From Mobula hypostoma (Eukaryota), in the NCBI RefSeq assembly GCF_963921235.1, contig NC_086108.1:32800001-32864000 (forward strand): a stretch of DNA of 64,000 nt, read 5' to 3'. Positions 37,545-50,624 of the stretch are shown here, in pieces (the stretch's first letter is position 1; each line of letters opens with the position of its first letter). The notes beneath the pieces were generated by a model that had not been told where the DNA came from, ran no database searches, and saw nothing but the letters and a program-made list of their open reading frames with translations. A program made the position numbers and the translations under genes.

Positions 37545-38212
37545 GAGTAGCACAGTGCTACAGCTAGTGGAGCTGCTGCCTCACAGCTATAGACACACAA
37601 GTTCAATCCTCACCCCTGGTGCTGTCAGTGTGAAGTTTGCATATTTCCTTGTGACTGTATAGGTTTGCTTCAGACCTCAAGGTTTCTTCCCAGATTCCAA
37701 AGACGTGACAATTGGTAGGCTAATTGGTCACTATACATTGCCCCTAGTGTTCAAAGTTGGAAGTAAATTTATTATCAAAGTACATTTATGTCACCATATA
37801 CAACCCTGAAATTCATTTTTTGTGGGCATACTCAATAAATCTATAGAATAATAACCACTACAGAATCAATGAAAGACCGCTCTCCTTGGATGTTCAACCA
37901 GAATACAGAAGACAACAAACTGAAAATATTAAAAAGAAATTAATAATAATAACAATAAATAAATAAACAATAAATATCGAGAACATAAGATGAAGAATCC
38001 TTGAAAGTGAGTCTATTGGTTGTGGGAACATTTCAATGATGGGGCAAGTGAAGTTATTCCCTTTGGTTCAAAGGGTGTAGATGAATGGGACACTCTGGGG
38101 GAAGTTGATGGGAATGTGAGGAATATAGATCACAGGGAAGAGTGGGAAATGGGACTGCTCTGTGAGTTAGCATGGGCCTGATGGGCCAAATGGCTTCTGT
38201 GTTGTATGGAAT
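37545..38212 (+). mobile_element. V-SINE (HE1-like), interrupted by a Rex1 3' end at 37751..38072 (minus)
   Basis: tRNA head with GTTCAATCC B-box, V-domain TGTGAAGTTTGCA...GGTTTCTTCCCAGATTCCAAAGACGT, resumes at 38073 with a CR1-like tail GATGGGCCAAATGGC. Confidence 0.8.
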
Positions 38213-40542
38213 ATGGTAATCAGGGTCTCTGCACCAAAATTGTTGCTCCTTTGTCACATGAAGATCTTCGTTTGAAGTACAGCTCATGTATCAACAATAA
38301 TAATCTGAAGTACATTTGATTTGCCTAGCAGGAATCAATAATGTTTATAAGCATCTTTGTTTACAAATTGCCTTCAGCCGTGTCAACTTTAATCTTGTAA
38401 TCTCTTGCTGGTGGACTCATAAAACCACAAAACAGATTGATTTTGCTGACAAGGTGATCTGAGTTCAAGCTGTACTTTAAAGACAAGGCCTGTCCAGCTC
38501 CAGGCTCCCTGCCATCATCACCACCTCATGATTGAACCTGCTGGGCAACCTGGACACTTATAATGACATACTCTCGGGGCCGTGTGAATTTCCAATTGGA
38601 ACAGACATGAGATTGATGAGATTGGTTGGCACAACCTAACTGAAAGCTGGGAATTAGAATAATTCTAGATATATTTCTGGAGCAGTGCGTAATTCACAGA
38701 ATGCCATTTTGCTAGCCAAATTTTAAGTCAGTGTTATAATCCTCACACAGTGTGACATACTGTACGAACACCAGTACCCAAAGCCTGCACCAAATCTTGT
38801 TTCCATCAGTTCACAACTTTGCAACGCATAATACAGCTAAGGAGCTTAATAGGGGATTATCTAGGCAGTGACTGTTCATAAATCTCCCAGGGAGATGGCT
38901 AATATCTGATGACTGGGATAAGCCTACGATGGAAAAGAAATAACACAGAAGTTGTTACTGCTCAAGTACACTCTTAGTCATTGTTTTCTGTGTAATTCCC
39001 CTGAATATGTGATGCATATCAATTATCTGGCATTCTATTCTAGATTAGTATCAGGGATGCCACACAAATCCCATCCCAGATGTTCCACAACCAGTTCTAT
39101 TATAAGGTTATGACTGACTCGCCCATATTCAGCAGTTCATATATATGAACTTGTGTCCTCTATTCCCCTTAGTTGGCTATTGTTGATAATACCCAATATT
39201 CCTACTGCAATATACTAAGAATAAGGCTCTTATTTTAAGCAATCTCATTATCATTATGATTGCAGGATAGCTGGCCTCCACGGAGTTATTTTGATCTCTT
39301 CACACTGAGCCACAAGATATGACACAAGGAAACAATGACATTTTAGGGAACTGCATGAATACAAATATTAAGACCAGACAGCTTTGTGGAATTTTCTCTG
39401 GTCCTTATGTTTAGTCTTTGAACCTATGACAGTTTTATTTTGAGAGGATGACAGTTGGCTTTAATCCAGTTCCTGTAAGTTTTTACTTTTCCTGTATACA
39501 ACTCAATTCCTTTCTGAATATTATTACACTAGTTTCTTGAACCAGCCTTTCAGGCTGTGTATTCCAGATTAAAACCACTTACTGCCTAAAAACAAATCCC
39601 ATTTCCCCACTTGTTCTTCTGCCAATCACTTAATTTCTGAGTGGTCTGGCTGCAAACTCATGAGTTTTCTTTTCCCCTTATATACACTTTTTTAATATTA
39701 CCTTTCATCTCTAGATAAGGTTTATTTTAACCTTATCTGTCTTATGGAGAACAATTCAGCTTCATTCAAAAGGAAAGATATATTAATAATGCAATTATAT
39801 TTCATCTTGGAATTAATGCATCTTTGATGCCTATCGCGATATAGCCAGCAGTGTGTTTTTACTTGCATCCACTGTGCAGCTGGAGGGGACTGGGTTCTTC
39901 CAGTGGGATCAGAGAGTGCTAGCTGGCAGATTCTCACTGTTTTTTATTGACTTAAAGCCACTGACAAAGGGGTTCTTTCTAACCCTATATAAAAATATGA
40001 GAGATGGTACAGAGGAGTTTTCAAAAACCACTGTAGATATATGCAGTTTGAAAAAATACTAATGGTCACATTAATAGGTCAGAAAGTGTGAGTGCAGAAA
40101 TGTAAAACGACCAACAATTTAGGTTTCTTTCAGATTTAACTTGCTTTCAATACAGTTTTGAACAATACTTTAAACCTGATACTTCTAAACAACAACCAAA
40201 ATCCAATTTTACTCAAGTGAGATTGCCCCAGTGAGCTGAGCTGCTTCATTGAACTTCCAAGAGACTTAACTCAATCGGTCAAACGAGGATCAGAGCATCA
40301 GGGAATTGGAGCAGGTGTATTAACAGTGGTGGAACAGTAAACTCATGCAGGGACTGTTGGCAGTGATCTATGCAGCATATGCAGTTTGTCATTTCCAATC
40401 TTGTCTGTGCATTGGCTGCAAGTCAATGCCTCAGGTGTATAGATGTTTCATCACTGAGACGCTCTTTGTTGGATGTGCCTAATGCTTTGATGTTTATGGA
40501 TTCACATTTTATGATGCAGATGATAGAATCTAAACTTATTAT

Positions 40543-41590
40543 AAGACATAGGAGCAGAATTAGCCCATTTGGCCCAGTGAGTCTTCTCTGCCATTCTATT
40601 GTGGCTGATTTATTATCCCTCTCAACCCTATTCTCCTGCCTTCTCCCTGTAACCTTTGATGCCCTGATTAATCAAGAAACTGTCATCCTCTACCTTAAAT
40701 ATACCCAATGACCTGGCCTGCACAGCAGTCTGCGACAATTAATTCCACATATTTACTACCCTCTGGGCAAAGAAATTTCTCCTCATTTCTGTTCTAAATA
40801 GATGTCCTTCTATTCTGAGGCTGTGCCCTCTGGTCCCAGACTCCTTCACTATAGGAAATCTCCTCTCTACACCCTCTCTATCTGGGACTTTCAATATTCG
40901 ATAGGTTTTAATGAGATCTCCCTCATTCTTCTTAACCCCAGTGAGTACAGGCCCGGAGCCATCAAACAGTCCTCATATGTTAATCCATTCATTCCTGGGA
41001 TCACTCTCACGAACCTCCTTTGGATTCTCTCCGATGCCAGAAAATCTTTTCTTAGCTAAGGGCCCAAGATGGTTCATAATACTCCAGAAACAAGAAGAGA
41101 TCTGCAGATGCTGGAAATCCGAGCAACACACACAAATTGCTGGAGGGACTCACAATACTCCAAGTGCGGTTTGAGCATTGCTTTGTAAAACGTCAGTATT
41201 ACAATTTTGCTTTTATATTCTAGTCCACTGAAAATGAATGCTAACATTGCATTTGTCTTCCTTCCCACCAACTCAGCCTGCAAATTAACCTTTAGGGAAT
41301 CATGCTACAAATATCTCCAAGTCACTTTGCACCTCTGGTTTTTGAATTTTCTCAACTTTTAGAAAATAGCCCACCCACCTTTATTCCTTCTACCAAAGTG
41401 TATGACCACGTACTTCCCTACACTATATTCCATCTGCCTCTTCTTTACCCATTCTTCCAATCTGTCTAAGTCTTTCTGTAGATACCCTGCTTCCTCAACA
41501 CTACCTGCCCCTCCAACCATCTTCATGTCGTCCGTAAATCTGGTCACAAAGCCATCAATTCCTCCATCCACATCATTGAGATATAATCCT
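40543..41590 (-). mobile_element. Degraded CR1 3' portion
   Basis: 'GIDGFVTRFTDD', 'YKAMLKPHLEYC'; CR1 tail at 40543. Confidence 0.9.
41087..41149 (-). mobile_element. Very short PLE tail insertion inside CR1
   Basis: AAACAAGAAGAGATCTGCAGATGCTGGAAATCCGAGCAACACACACAAATTGCTGGAGG; TSD TCA(T/C)AATACTCCA at 41074..41086 and 41150..41162. Confidence 0.8.
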
Positions 41591-42133
41591 TATCACGGAG
41601 TTTTGTGAGCAAACTTATGTTGTTCACATACTTCAGTGCAAGATGAAATACTAAGTAGCAACACTTGGAAGTATAGGTTGAGATTAATATTTTTCTGCCC
41701 AACATATGCATACACAGGAATATTAATAATGCAACACTGCAATAAAAGTCCAATGCTGTGATAATGAGAGTACCAGGGTACCAGAACTGCTAAGCTACCA
41801 GCTGATTAAATTGTTGGGTTTATTTTCTATATAGGACAGTAGAAAATGAGCAGCTGATGTTCATCTTCGTGCCAAATTATATGTCTCCTCGCACCATTAA
41901 TGTGATGCACTGACTGGCTGTTGGTGATGATGCAATATATAATAGGCATAGAAACACACTCACATTGCACTAATGCTTATGATCACTTTTGCTTCATTAA
42001 TTTTAGCGAGAAGCTGCATAGAAGAGGGCTCTGTATACTAAAATATTTATAAGCTCCGAGGAAAGATTGACTGTTATGGCACTGCTGTTCAGGAATGGTT
42101 CAATTTATACTGTAACAGTCTCAACTCCAACAT

Positions 42134-42154
42134 ACACACACACACACACACACA
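42134..42154. repeat. (CA)n microsatellite
   Basis: About 10 CA units. Confidence 0.9.
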
Positions 42155-42879
42155 TATAGATTTGCCTTTGGTTTAATTTCATAAGATTACAGTTTTTAAA
42201 ACATTTTACATAGCAGTGCCTCGTACTGTAGCAAGACAAGTCATTAAAAATCACATTGCAGGATGTGTCAGGATTTTGCAGACAAGTTGATGGTTCTTAG
42301 AATTTGACTGCAAACATGTGTACATATCACTAAGAAGGACGGTGACAGCAAACACATAAAAGCACCACCACTTGCAGATTCATCTTCAATTTGCACGTTA
42401 TCCTGAATTGTACATATACCTCCATTTTATTGTTGCTGGACGCAATTCCACAAACTCCTCACCGATCAGCTACTATTACCTGAAGACTCGTCACCTTGAT
42501 CCACTTCAGGACAATCAAGGATGGGCAACAAATAACAGCCTGCCAATGCCCACGTCCTATGAAATTAGAGTGAAAGAATTAAGTTGAAAAGAGATTATTA
42601 AACCTTTTAGCTTTCAATCTACGTATTAGAAAGTATAGCTTAGAAATCAGATTGCCAAGTTCTTTCTTTTTGACAACATTGGGAAACCTAACTTGGCAAT
42701 ATGAAAATTCAAGGATCTTCTATTATCCGCAAAGTAGGATTAAGCATCAAATGATTTCTCCAACATGTGGTTGTTGAGATACTCATTCAATTGGTGCTTT
42801 AGTAGTGACACTGTCCTTCAGCAGTGACATTCCTTAATAGAGTCACAGTATAGCTATAGACAGTGGAGGATACAGTTTA

Positions 42880-43745
42880 GTCCATACAGGCAAAAGCCCT
42901 CCCCACCATTGAGTACATTTACAAGGAGCATTACCACAAGAAAGCAGCATCTGTCATGAAGGACTACCATTATCCAGGCCATGATCTCTTCCCGCTTCTA
43001 CCATCAGACAGGAGGTACTGGAGCACTACATCCCACACCACCAGGTTCAACAACAGCCTTTCCCTACAACCATCAGGCTCCTCAACCAGTGTGGATAACT
43101 TCACTTCACTTACCCCAACTCTGAACTGATTCCACAACCTATGGACTCACACTTCCAAGGACTCCGCAATTCATGTTCCCAGTATTATTGATTTATTTTT
43201 TATTTGCACTATTTGTCCTTTTTATGCACATTGGTTGTTTCTCAGCTTTTGTTTATGCTTCGTTTTCCATAAATTTAATTGTATTTATAGAAACACAGAA
43301 ACCCTACAGCACAATACAAGCCCTTTGGCCCACAATGCTGTGCTAAACATGTACTTACTTTAGAAATTACCTAGGGTTACCCATAGCCCTCTATTTTTCT
43401 AAGCTCCATGTACCTACCCAGGAGTCTGTTAAAAGGCCCTATCGTATCCACCTCCACCACCATCGCCGGCAACCCATTCCACGCACTCACCATTCTCTGC
43501 ATAAAAAACTTACCCCTGACATCTCCTCTGTATCTACTTCCAAGCACCCTAAAACTGTGCCCTCTCGTGTTAGCCATTTCAGCCCTGGGAAAAAGCCTCT
43601 GACTATTCACACGATCAATGCCTCTCATCATCTTATATACCTCTATCGGGTCACCTCTGATTTTCTTTATTTTCTTGTAAATACCTGCATGAAAATGAAT
43701 CTCAAGGTGGTATAGGTGGCAGATATGTAATTTAATAATAAATTT
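42880..43745 (+). mobile_element. Rex1/Babar 3' end interrupted by a CR1 3' fragment (43288..43659, minus)
   Basis: GGCAAAAGCCCTCCCCACCATTGAG...CCAGGCCATG..CTCTTC; nested 'RGIDRVNSQRLFPRAEMANTRGHSF' (43377..43631, minus). Confidence 0.8.
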
Positions 43746-44824
43746 AAAAATAAAGACTGGCTACTCGGCAGAAAGAAACGCAAGTCAATCAGCGAAGAGC
43801 CAATTTTTATTATGCCTTTGGGATGCCACATTCTGCCTAGACATATCTGATTAACATATCTGATAAACATAGGTTTGGCTTTTCAAACATTGACATCTCT
43901 GAGATATTCTGCATGAAGACTTTTAACTATGTTCCCATTCTCTCTTCTCTCCACAACCTCCCTCCACCTCTCCCCCAACTGCCATCGGGCAGGACGCGCA
44001 AACTCTGAAAGCACGTACCACCAGCCTCAAAGACAGCTTCTATCCCACTGTCATTAAACTAATGAACTGTCCCCTTCAACAATAAGATGGACTCTTTACT
44101 TTATCAAGGCCTTGCACATTATCGTCCATCTGCACTTCACTCTGTGTGTAACATTATATACTGCATTGGGTTATTACTTTTCCCTCATGCTACCTCAATG
44201 TACTAATGTAATAAAAAGTTCCATGTGCATGGAATACAACACAATACTTTTGACTGTACATGTGACGATAATAAACCAATCTACAGTTACTGTTCACATG
44301 TCTAGTGATGGGCATGTCACTGTTCTGGAACGAACACATGACTGAAGGAGTTTGCACCAATGAACATTTTCAATGGCCAACCCTCCCTAAGGGATTTATC
44401 CTGAGGGACAAGGGCTACTTCTCTGCTTCTGTGACTCTAGACATAGTAATTAAGTGGGAACACAAGAGTCACCCATAATGACAGGTGACAAAGTCACTGG
44501 TTTCCTGAGGATGAGAGTGTGTTGGCTGTGTTACTCTGTCGGTGCCATGCAGTACAACCTAGGCAGGTAGTGCAGATTGTTTCATCTTGTGGTGCATGCT
44601 GCACAGTCTTGCCCTGTGATCCGAGCATCCAATGCAGGAGAAAGAGCAGGAAGGATCCCCAGAGCCCGGAAGGCAGGAGGAGAAAGGGATTGTCCTTGTT
44701 CCTTATCCACACTTGCATGAAACAGGTGGGTGTAGGAATCAGGAAATTTCTGCTTGAGATAGAAGGGATTTTTTAACAGAGCAACGCTTTTCACTATTAA
44801 TACTAACTTTTGAATACAAATACA

Positions 44825-45855
44825 TACTGTATGTCAGGCTGCTGCTCAGCAATTAATACAATCATTCCTACAGTTCTGATCAAAAAGCTCCAAAAGCTGT
44901 GACTTTGTACCTCCCTCTGCAACTGGATCATTAACTTCCACACTGGAAGACCACAATCTGTGCGGATCAGAAATAACATCTCTTCCTTACTGATAATCAA
45001 CACTAGTGCACCTCATGGATGTGTACTTAGCCCACTGCTCTATTCTCTCTACACCCATGACTGTGCAGCTCGGCACAGTTCAAGTGCCATCTATAAGTCT
45101 GCTGATGTCATAACTATTGTTGGCAGAATTTCAGATGGTGACGAGAAGGTGTACTGGAGGGAGATACATTGGCTGGTTGAGTGGTGTCTTAGCAACAGCT
45201 TTGCGCTCAACGTCAGTAAGACCAAACAATTGAATGTGGGTTTCAGAAAGGGTAAGATGAGGGAACACACACCAGTACTCATCGAGGGATCAGAAGTGGA
45301 GAGGGTGAACAATTTCAAGTTACTGGGTGTCAGCATCTCTGAGTATCCATCCGGGGCCCAACAAATCGATACAGTTACAAAGGAGGCATGACAGCAGCTA
45401 TCTTTCATTAGGGGGTTGAGATGATTTGGTATGTCACCACGCAACATTTTCCAGATGTACAGTGAAGAGGATTCTAACTGGCTGTATCACCATCTATTAA
45501 GGGGGGTGGGGGAGGGTGCTACGTAACAGGATCGAAAGAAGCTGTAAGCTCAGCCAGCTCCATCATGGGCACTAGCCTCCGTAGCATTAAGGATATCATC
45601 AAAGAGTGATGCTTCAAAAAGGCAGCATCCATCATTAAGGTCCCCATCACCCAGGACATACCCTCTTCTCATTGCTACCATCAGGGAAGAGGTACAGGAG
45701 CCTGAAGGCACACATTCAACGATTCAAGAGCAGCTTCTTCCCCTCTGCCATCAGATTGCTGAATGGATACTGAACCCATGAACATTACCTCATTACTTTT
45801 TTTCCTCTTTTTGCTCTACTATGCCAGTGATATTAAACCTGATTCTGATTCTGAT
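44825..45855 (+). mobile_element. Rex1/Babar LINE 3' portion
   Basis: '[22 protein letters not shown]...[11 protein letters not shown]'; ATTAAACC(TGATTC)n tail. Confidence 0.9.
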
Positions 45856-46374
45856 TAGAAACCTGCAAAATTAGAGCCCCTGATACAAACCAGGTGACCG
45901 TCTCTGCACTCTAATCGATAATAACAACAGACCTCACCAGTAATCAGGTAGGGAAGCCCAGATGGCATATAATATTTGCTCACATCCAGCTTTGCAGGTC
46001 CATCTGCACAGATTATCACACTTGAATGAATGAAGCTCTAATCCAGTTACTGAAATGGCTCACCACAACATTTCTACATTTCTTGATGAGTGGCAGCAGC
46101 TCAGTTAAAGAATACTGATCTATGTGCAGAATATACTCTCTACAGCTGCAGTTATAAAGGGTGGTTCAGACATTCAGGTTGAACATCAATAATGATTGTT
46201 TGCAGTGTCACTGTTATAAAATTACAAAGTTCATGGTTCAAAGTAAATTTTTTTATCAAAGTACATATACAGTATGTCACCATATACAACACAGAAATTA
46301 ATTTTCCTGAGGGCATACACAGAATCTGAATCAGAATCAGGTTTATTATCACCAGCATGTGTCATGAAATTTAG

Positions 46375-49300
46375 ACCATAAGACCATAAGTTATAGGAGC
46401 AGAAGTAAGTCATTTGGCCCATCGAGTCTGCTCTGCCATTCAGTCATGGGCTGATCCAATTCTTCCAGTCATCCCCACTCCCCTGCCTTCTCCCCATACC
46501 CTTTGATGCCCTGGCTAATCAATAACCTATCTATCTCTGCCTTAAGTATACCCAATGATTTGGCCTGCACAGCCGCTCATGGCAACAAGTTCCACCCTCT
46601 GTCTTAAGTAATTTCTCAGCATCTCTGTTTTAAATGGACGTCCTTCAATCCCGAAGTCATGCTCTGTTGTCCTAGACTCTCCTACCATGGGAAATAACTT
46701 TGCCATACTTAATCTGTTCAGGCCCTTTAACATTCAGAATGTTTCTAGGAGATCCCCCCTCATTCTCCTGAACTCCAGGGAATACAGCTCAAGAGCTGCC
46801 AGACATTCCTCATACGGTAACCCTTTCATTCCTGGAATCATTTTGTTGAATCTTCTCTGAACCGTCTCCAATGTCAGTATATGCTTTCTAAAATAAGCAG
46901 CCCAAAACTGCACACAATACTCCAAGAGTGGTCTCACGAGTGCCTTATAGAGCCTCAACATCACATCCCTGCTCTTATATTCTATACCTCCAGAAATGAA
47001 TGCCAACATTACATTCGCCTTCTTCGTCACCGACTCAACCTGGAGGTTAACCTTTAGGGTATCCTGCACAAGGACTCCCAAGTCCCTTTGCATCTCTGCA
47101 TTTTGAATTCTCTCCCCATCTAAATAATAGTCTGCCTGTCTATTTCTTCCACCAAAGTGCATGACCATATACTTTCCGACATTGTATTTCATTTGCCACT
47201 TCTTTGCCCATTCCCCTAAACTAACTGAGTCTCTCAGCAGGCTCTCTGTTTCCTCAACACTACCCGCTCCTCCACATACCTTTGTATCATCGGCAAATTT
47301 AGCCACAAATCCATTAATCCCATAGTCCAAATCATTGACATACATCGTAAAAAGCAGTGGTCCCAACACCGACCCCTATGGAACTCCACTAGTAACCGGC
47401 AGCCAGCCCAAATAGGATCCTTTTATTCCCACTGTTTTCTGCCAATTAACCAAAGCTCCACCCACGCTAGTAACTCCCCTGTAATTCCATGGGATCTTAT
47501 CTTGCTAAGCAGCCTCATGTGCAGCACCTTGTCAAAGGCCTTCTGAAAATCCAAGTACGCCACATCTACTGCATCTCCTTTGTCTACCTTGCTTGTAATT
47601 TACTTAAAAAACTGCAGCAGGTTAGTCAGGCAGGATTTTCCATTCAGGAAACCATGCTGGCTTTGCCTATCTTGTTATGTGCCTCCAGGTACTCCATAAT
47701 CTCATCCGTAACAGTCGATTCCAACAACTTCCCAACCATTGATGTCAGGCTAATAGGTCTATAGTTTCCTATTTGCTGCCTCCCACCCTTCTAAAACGGT
47801 GGAGTAATATTTGCAATTTTCCAGTCATCCAGTATAATGCCAGAATCTATTGATTCTTGAAAGATCATTGTTAGTGCCTCCGCAATCTCTCCAGCTACTT
47901 TCTTCAGAACCTGAGGGTGCATTCCATCAGGTCCAGGAGATTTATCCACCCTCAGACCATTAAGCTTCCTGAGCACCTTCTCAGTCGTAATTTTCACTGT
48001 ACATACTTCACTTCCCTGACACTCTTGGATGTCTAGTATACTGGTGATGTCTTCCACTGTGATGTAATATACACATTCAATTCCTCTGCTATCTCTGTGT
48101 CTCTCATTACAATATCTCCAGCGTCACTTTCTATTGGTTCTATATCTATCCTCGACTCTCTTTTACCCTTTATATACTTAGAAAAGCTTTTAGTAGCTGC
48201 TTTGATATTAGTCACCAGCTTCCTTTCATAATTCGTCTTTTCCTTCCTAATGACCTTCTTAGTTTCCTTCTGCAAGTTTTTAAAAGCTTCCCAATGCTCT
48301 GTCTTCCCATTAGCTTTGGCTTCCGTGTATGCCTCTCTTTTGCTTTTATTTTGGCTCTGACTTCACTTGTCAGCCATGGTAGTGTCCTTCTTCCAGTCGA
48401 AAATTTCTTCTTATTTGGAATATATCTGTCTTGCACTTCCCTCATTTTTCACAGAAACTCCAGCCATTGCTGCTCTGCTGTCCTTCCTGCTAATGTCCCT
48501 TTCCAGTCAACTTTGGCTAGCTCCTTTCTCATGCCAATGTAATTTCCTTTATTCCACTGAAATACCGACAAATTGGAATTTAGTTTCTTCTCCACAAACT
48601 TCAAAGCGAACCTGATCATATTGTGATCACTGTTCCCTAAGGGTTCCTTAACCTTAAACTCTCTTATCACCTCCGATCATTGCACAACACCCAATTCAGC
48701 ACAGCGATACCCGAGTGAGCTCAACAACAAGCTGTTCTAAAAATCCACCAGTAGTGGCCTGGTTTTCCCAATCCACTTTCATGTTAAAATCCCCAATGAT
48801 TATCATGACATTGCCCTCTGACACACCTTTTCTACCTCCTGCTATAATTTGTAATCCACATCCCAGCTGCTGTTTGGAGGACGGTATACAACTGGCATTA
48901 GGGTCCGTGTACCCTTGCCATTTCTTAACTCAACCCATAGAGACTCTATGCCTTCTGATCCTATGTCATCCCTTTCTAATGATTTAATATTATTTCTTAC
49001 ACGCAGGGCCACACCACCCCCTCTGCCTACTAACCTATCTTTCTGATACACCATATATCCTTGAACATTCAGCTCCCAAAGGCAGCCATCCTTTAGCCAA
49101 GTTTCAGAGATGGCCACAACGTCATACTTGCCAATCTGTAGCTGAATTTCAAGATTGTCCATTTTATTTCTTATGCTGCGTGCAAATATAACACTTTCAG
49201 TCCAGTATTTGCTGCTTTCTGTTTTAACTGCACCATGCCTCTATTGCCCTGTAACTCATCCCACTGGCTGTGATTATGCCTCATTGTCTGCCTGTCCTTT

Positions 49301-50600
49301 CTATCATCTCTGTTGCACGCTATCTTTGATTTATTTCTGTTTTCCCCTTCCTCAGCCCTATCATTCCAGTTCCCATCCCCCTGCCAAATTAGTTTAAACC
49401 CTCCTTAACAGCTCTAATAAACCTGCTTGCTAGGATATTGGACCCCTTTGGGTTCAGGTGTAACCTGTCCTTTTTGTAGAAGTTGTACCTCCACCAGAAG
49501 AGGCCCCAATGATCCAGGAATCCGAAGCCCTGCCTCCTACACCGATTTCTCAGCCATGTATTAATATACCTGATCATGCTAGTCTTGCGCTTGTTAGCAC
49601 GTGGCACAGGCAGCAATCCTGAGATTACTACCCTGGAGGTCCTGCCTTTCAGCTTCCTGTCTAACTCCATGAATTTTCTCTTCAGGACCTCCTCCCTTTT
49701 TCTATCTATGTCATTGGTACCAATACGTACCAAGACTTCTGGCTGTTCACCCTCTCCCTTCAGAATATTCTGTACGTGATCCAAGACATCCCGTACCCTG
49801 GCACCTAGGAGGTAAAACACCATGTGGGTATCTCTATCAGGCTGACAGAACCTCCTACCTGTTCCCCTCACTATGGAATCCCCTATGACTACCACATTCC
49901 TCATCTTCTTCTCTCCCTTCTGCACCACAGAACCAGGCTCAGTGCCAGAGACCTGATTGCCGAGGTTGTCCTGTCAGATCACCCCCCTCAACAGCATCCA
50001 AAATGAGATAACAATTACTGAAGGAGATGGACAGAGGGGTACTCTCTGCTATCTGAGCTCTTCCCATCCCTTCCCTGACAGTCAACTTGTCTAACTCCTG
50101 CAGCCTCGGGGTGACTAACTCCTATCTATTTCCTGACCACTTTCCCTAATAAGCTGTAGGTCATCAAGCCGCAGCTTCAGATCCCTAACACAGTCTCTCA
50201 GAAGTTGCATCTCGGTGCACCTGGTGCAGATGTGGCCATCTGGGAGACCGGAAGATTCCCAGGATTCCCTCATCTGACACCCAGTGCAAAGTACTAACCC
50301 TACAGACATGCTCTCTATTCCTCCAAAAAAAAATGCAAGGGGAAAAAAAATGAAGTCCATCTACCCACTTACCTCGCCGAAGCCCGAGTGAGCCAAAGCC
50401 CTACCACTCTGACTCAGACCACTCTGATGATAACCGCTCCTTTGAAGGCCACTCCGCTAGGCAGTGTTCTCCTTTTACATCGGAACCCTCCCTGCTCTCC
50501 AACACACGACTGGTTCACTGGTTATGGCCAAGTTCCCGCGAAACTCGTCCTTTTAAAGGTCGCTCCTGGCCCTGCACACCGCCTCCTTTGTCATAGCTCT
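46375..50600 (-). mobile_element. Near full-length degraded CR1 LINE (ORF1 zinc finger and esterase; ORF2 APE and RT)
   Basis: ORF1 pieces 50115..50360 (CTGC...CTRC) and 49389..49928 (GDSIVRG); ORF2 pieces 48842..49162, 47791..48057 and 46734..47369 (KFADD); (TCTTATGG)n tail at 46375. Confidence 0.92.
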
Positions 50601-50624
50601 CTAACTCACGATTGGTTCGCCAGT

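Noticed and set aside
37545..37625. tRNA-like heads (also 31520..31599 and 21880..21939) as tRNA genes
   Set aside because: They are SINE heads fused to SINE bodies and LINE-like tails, with no intact cloverleaf
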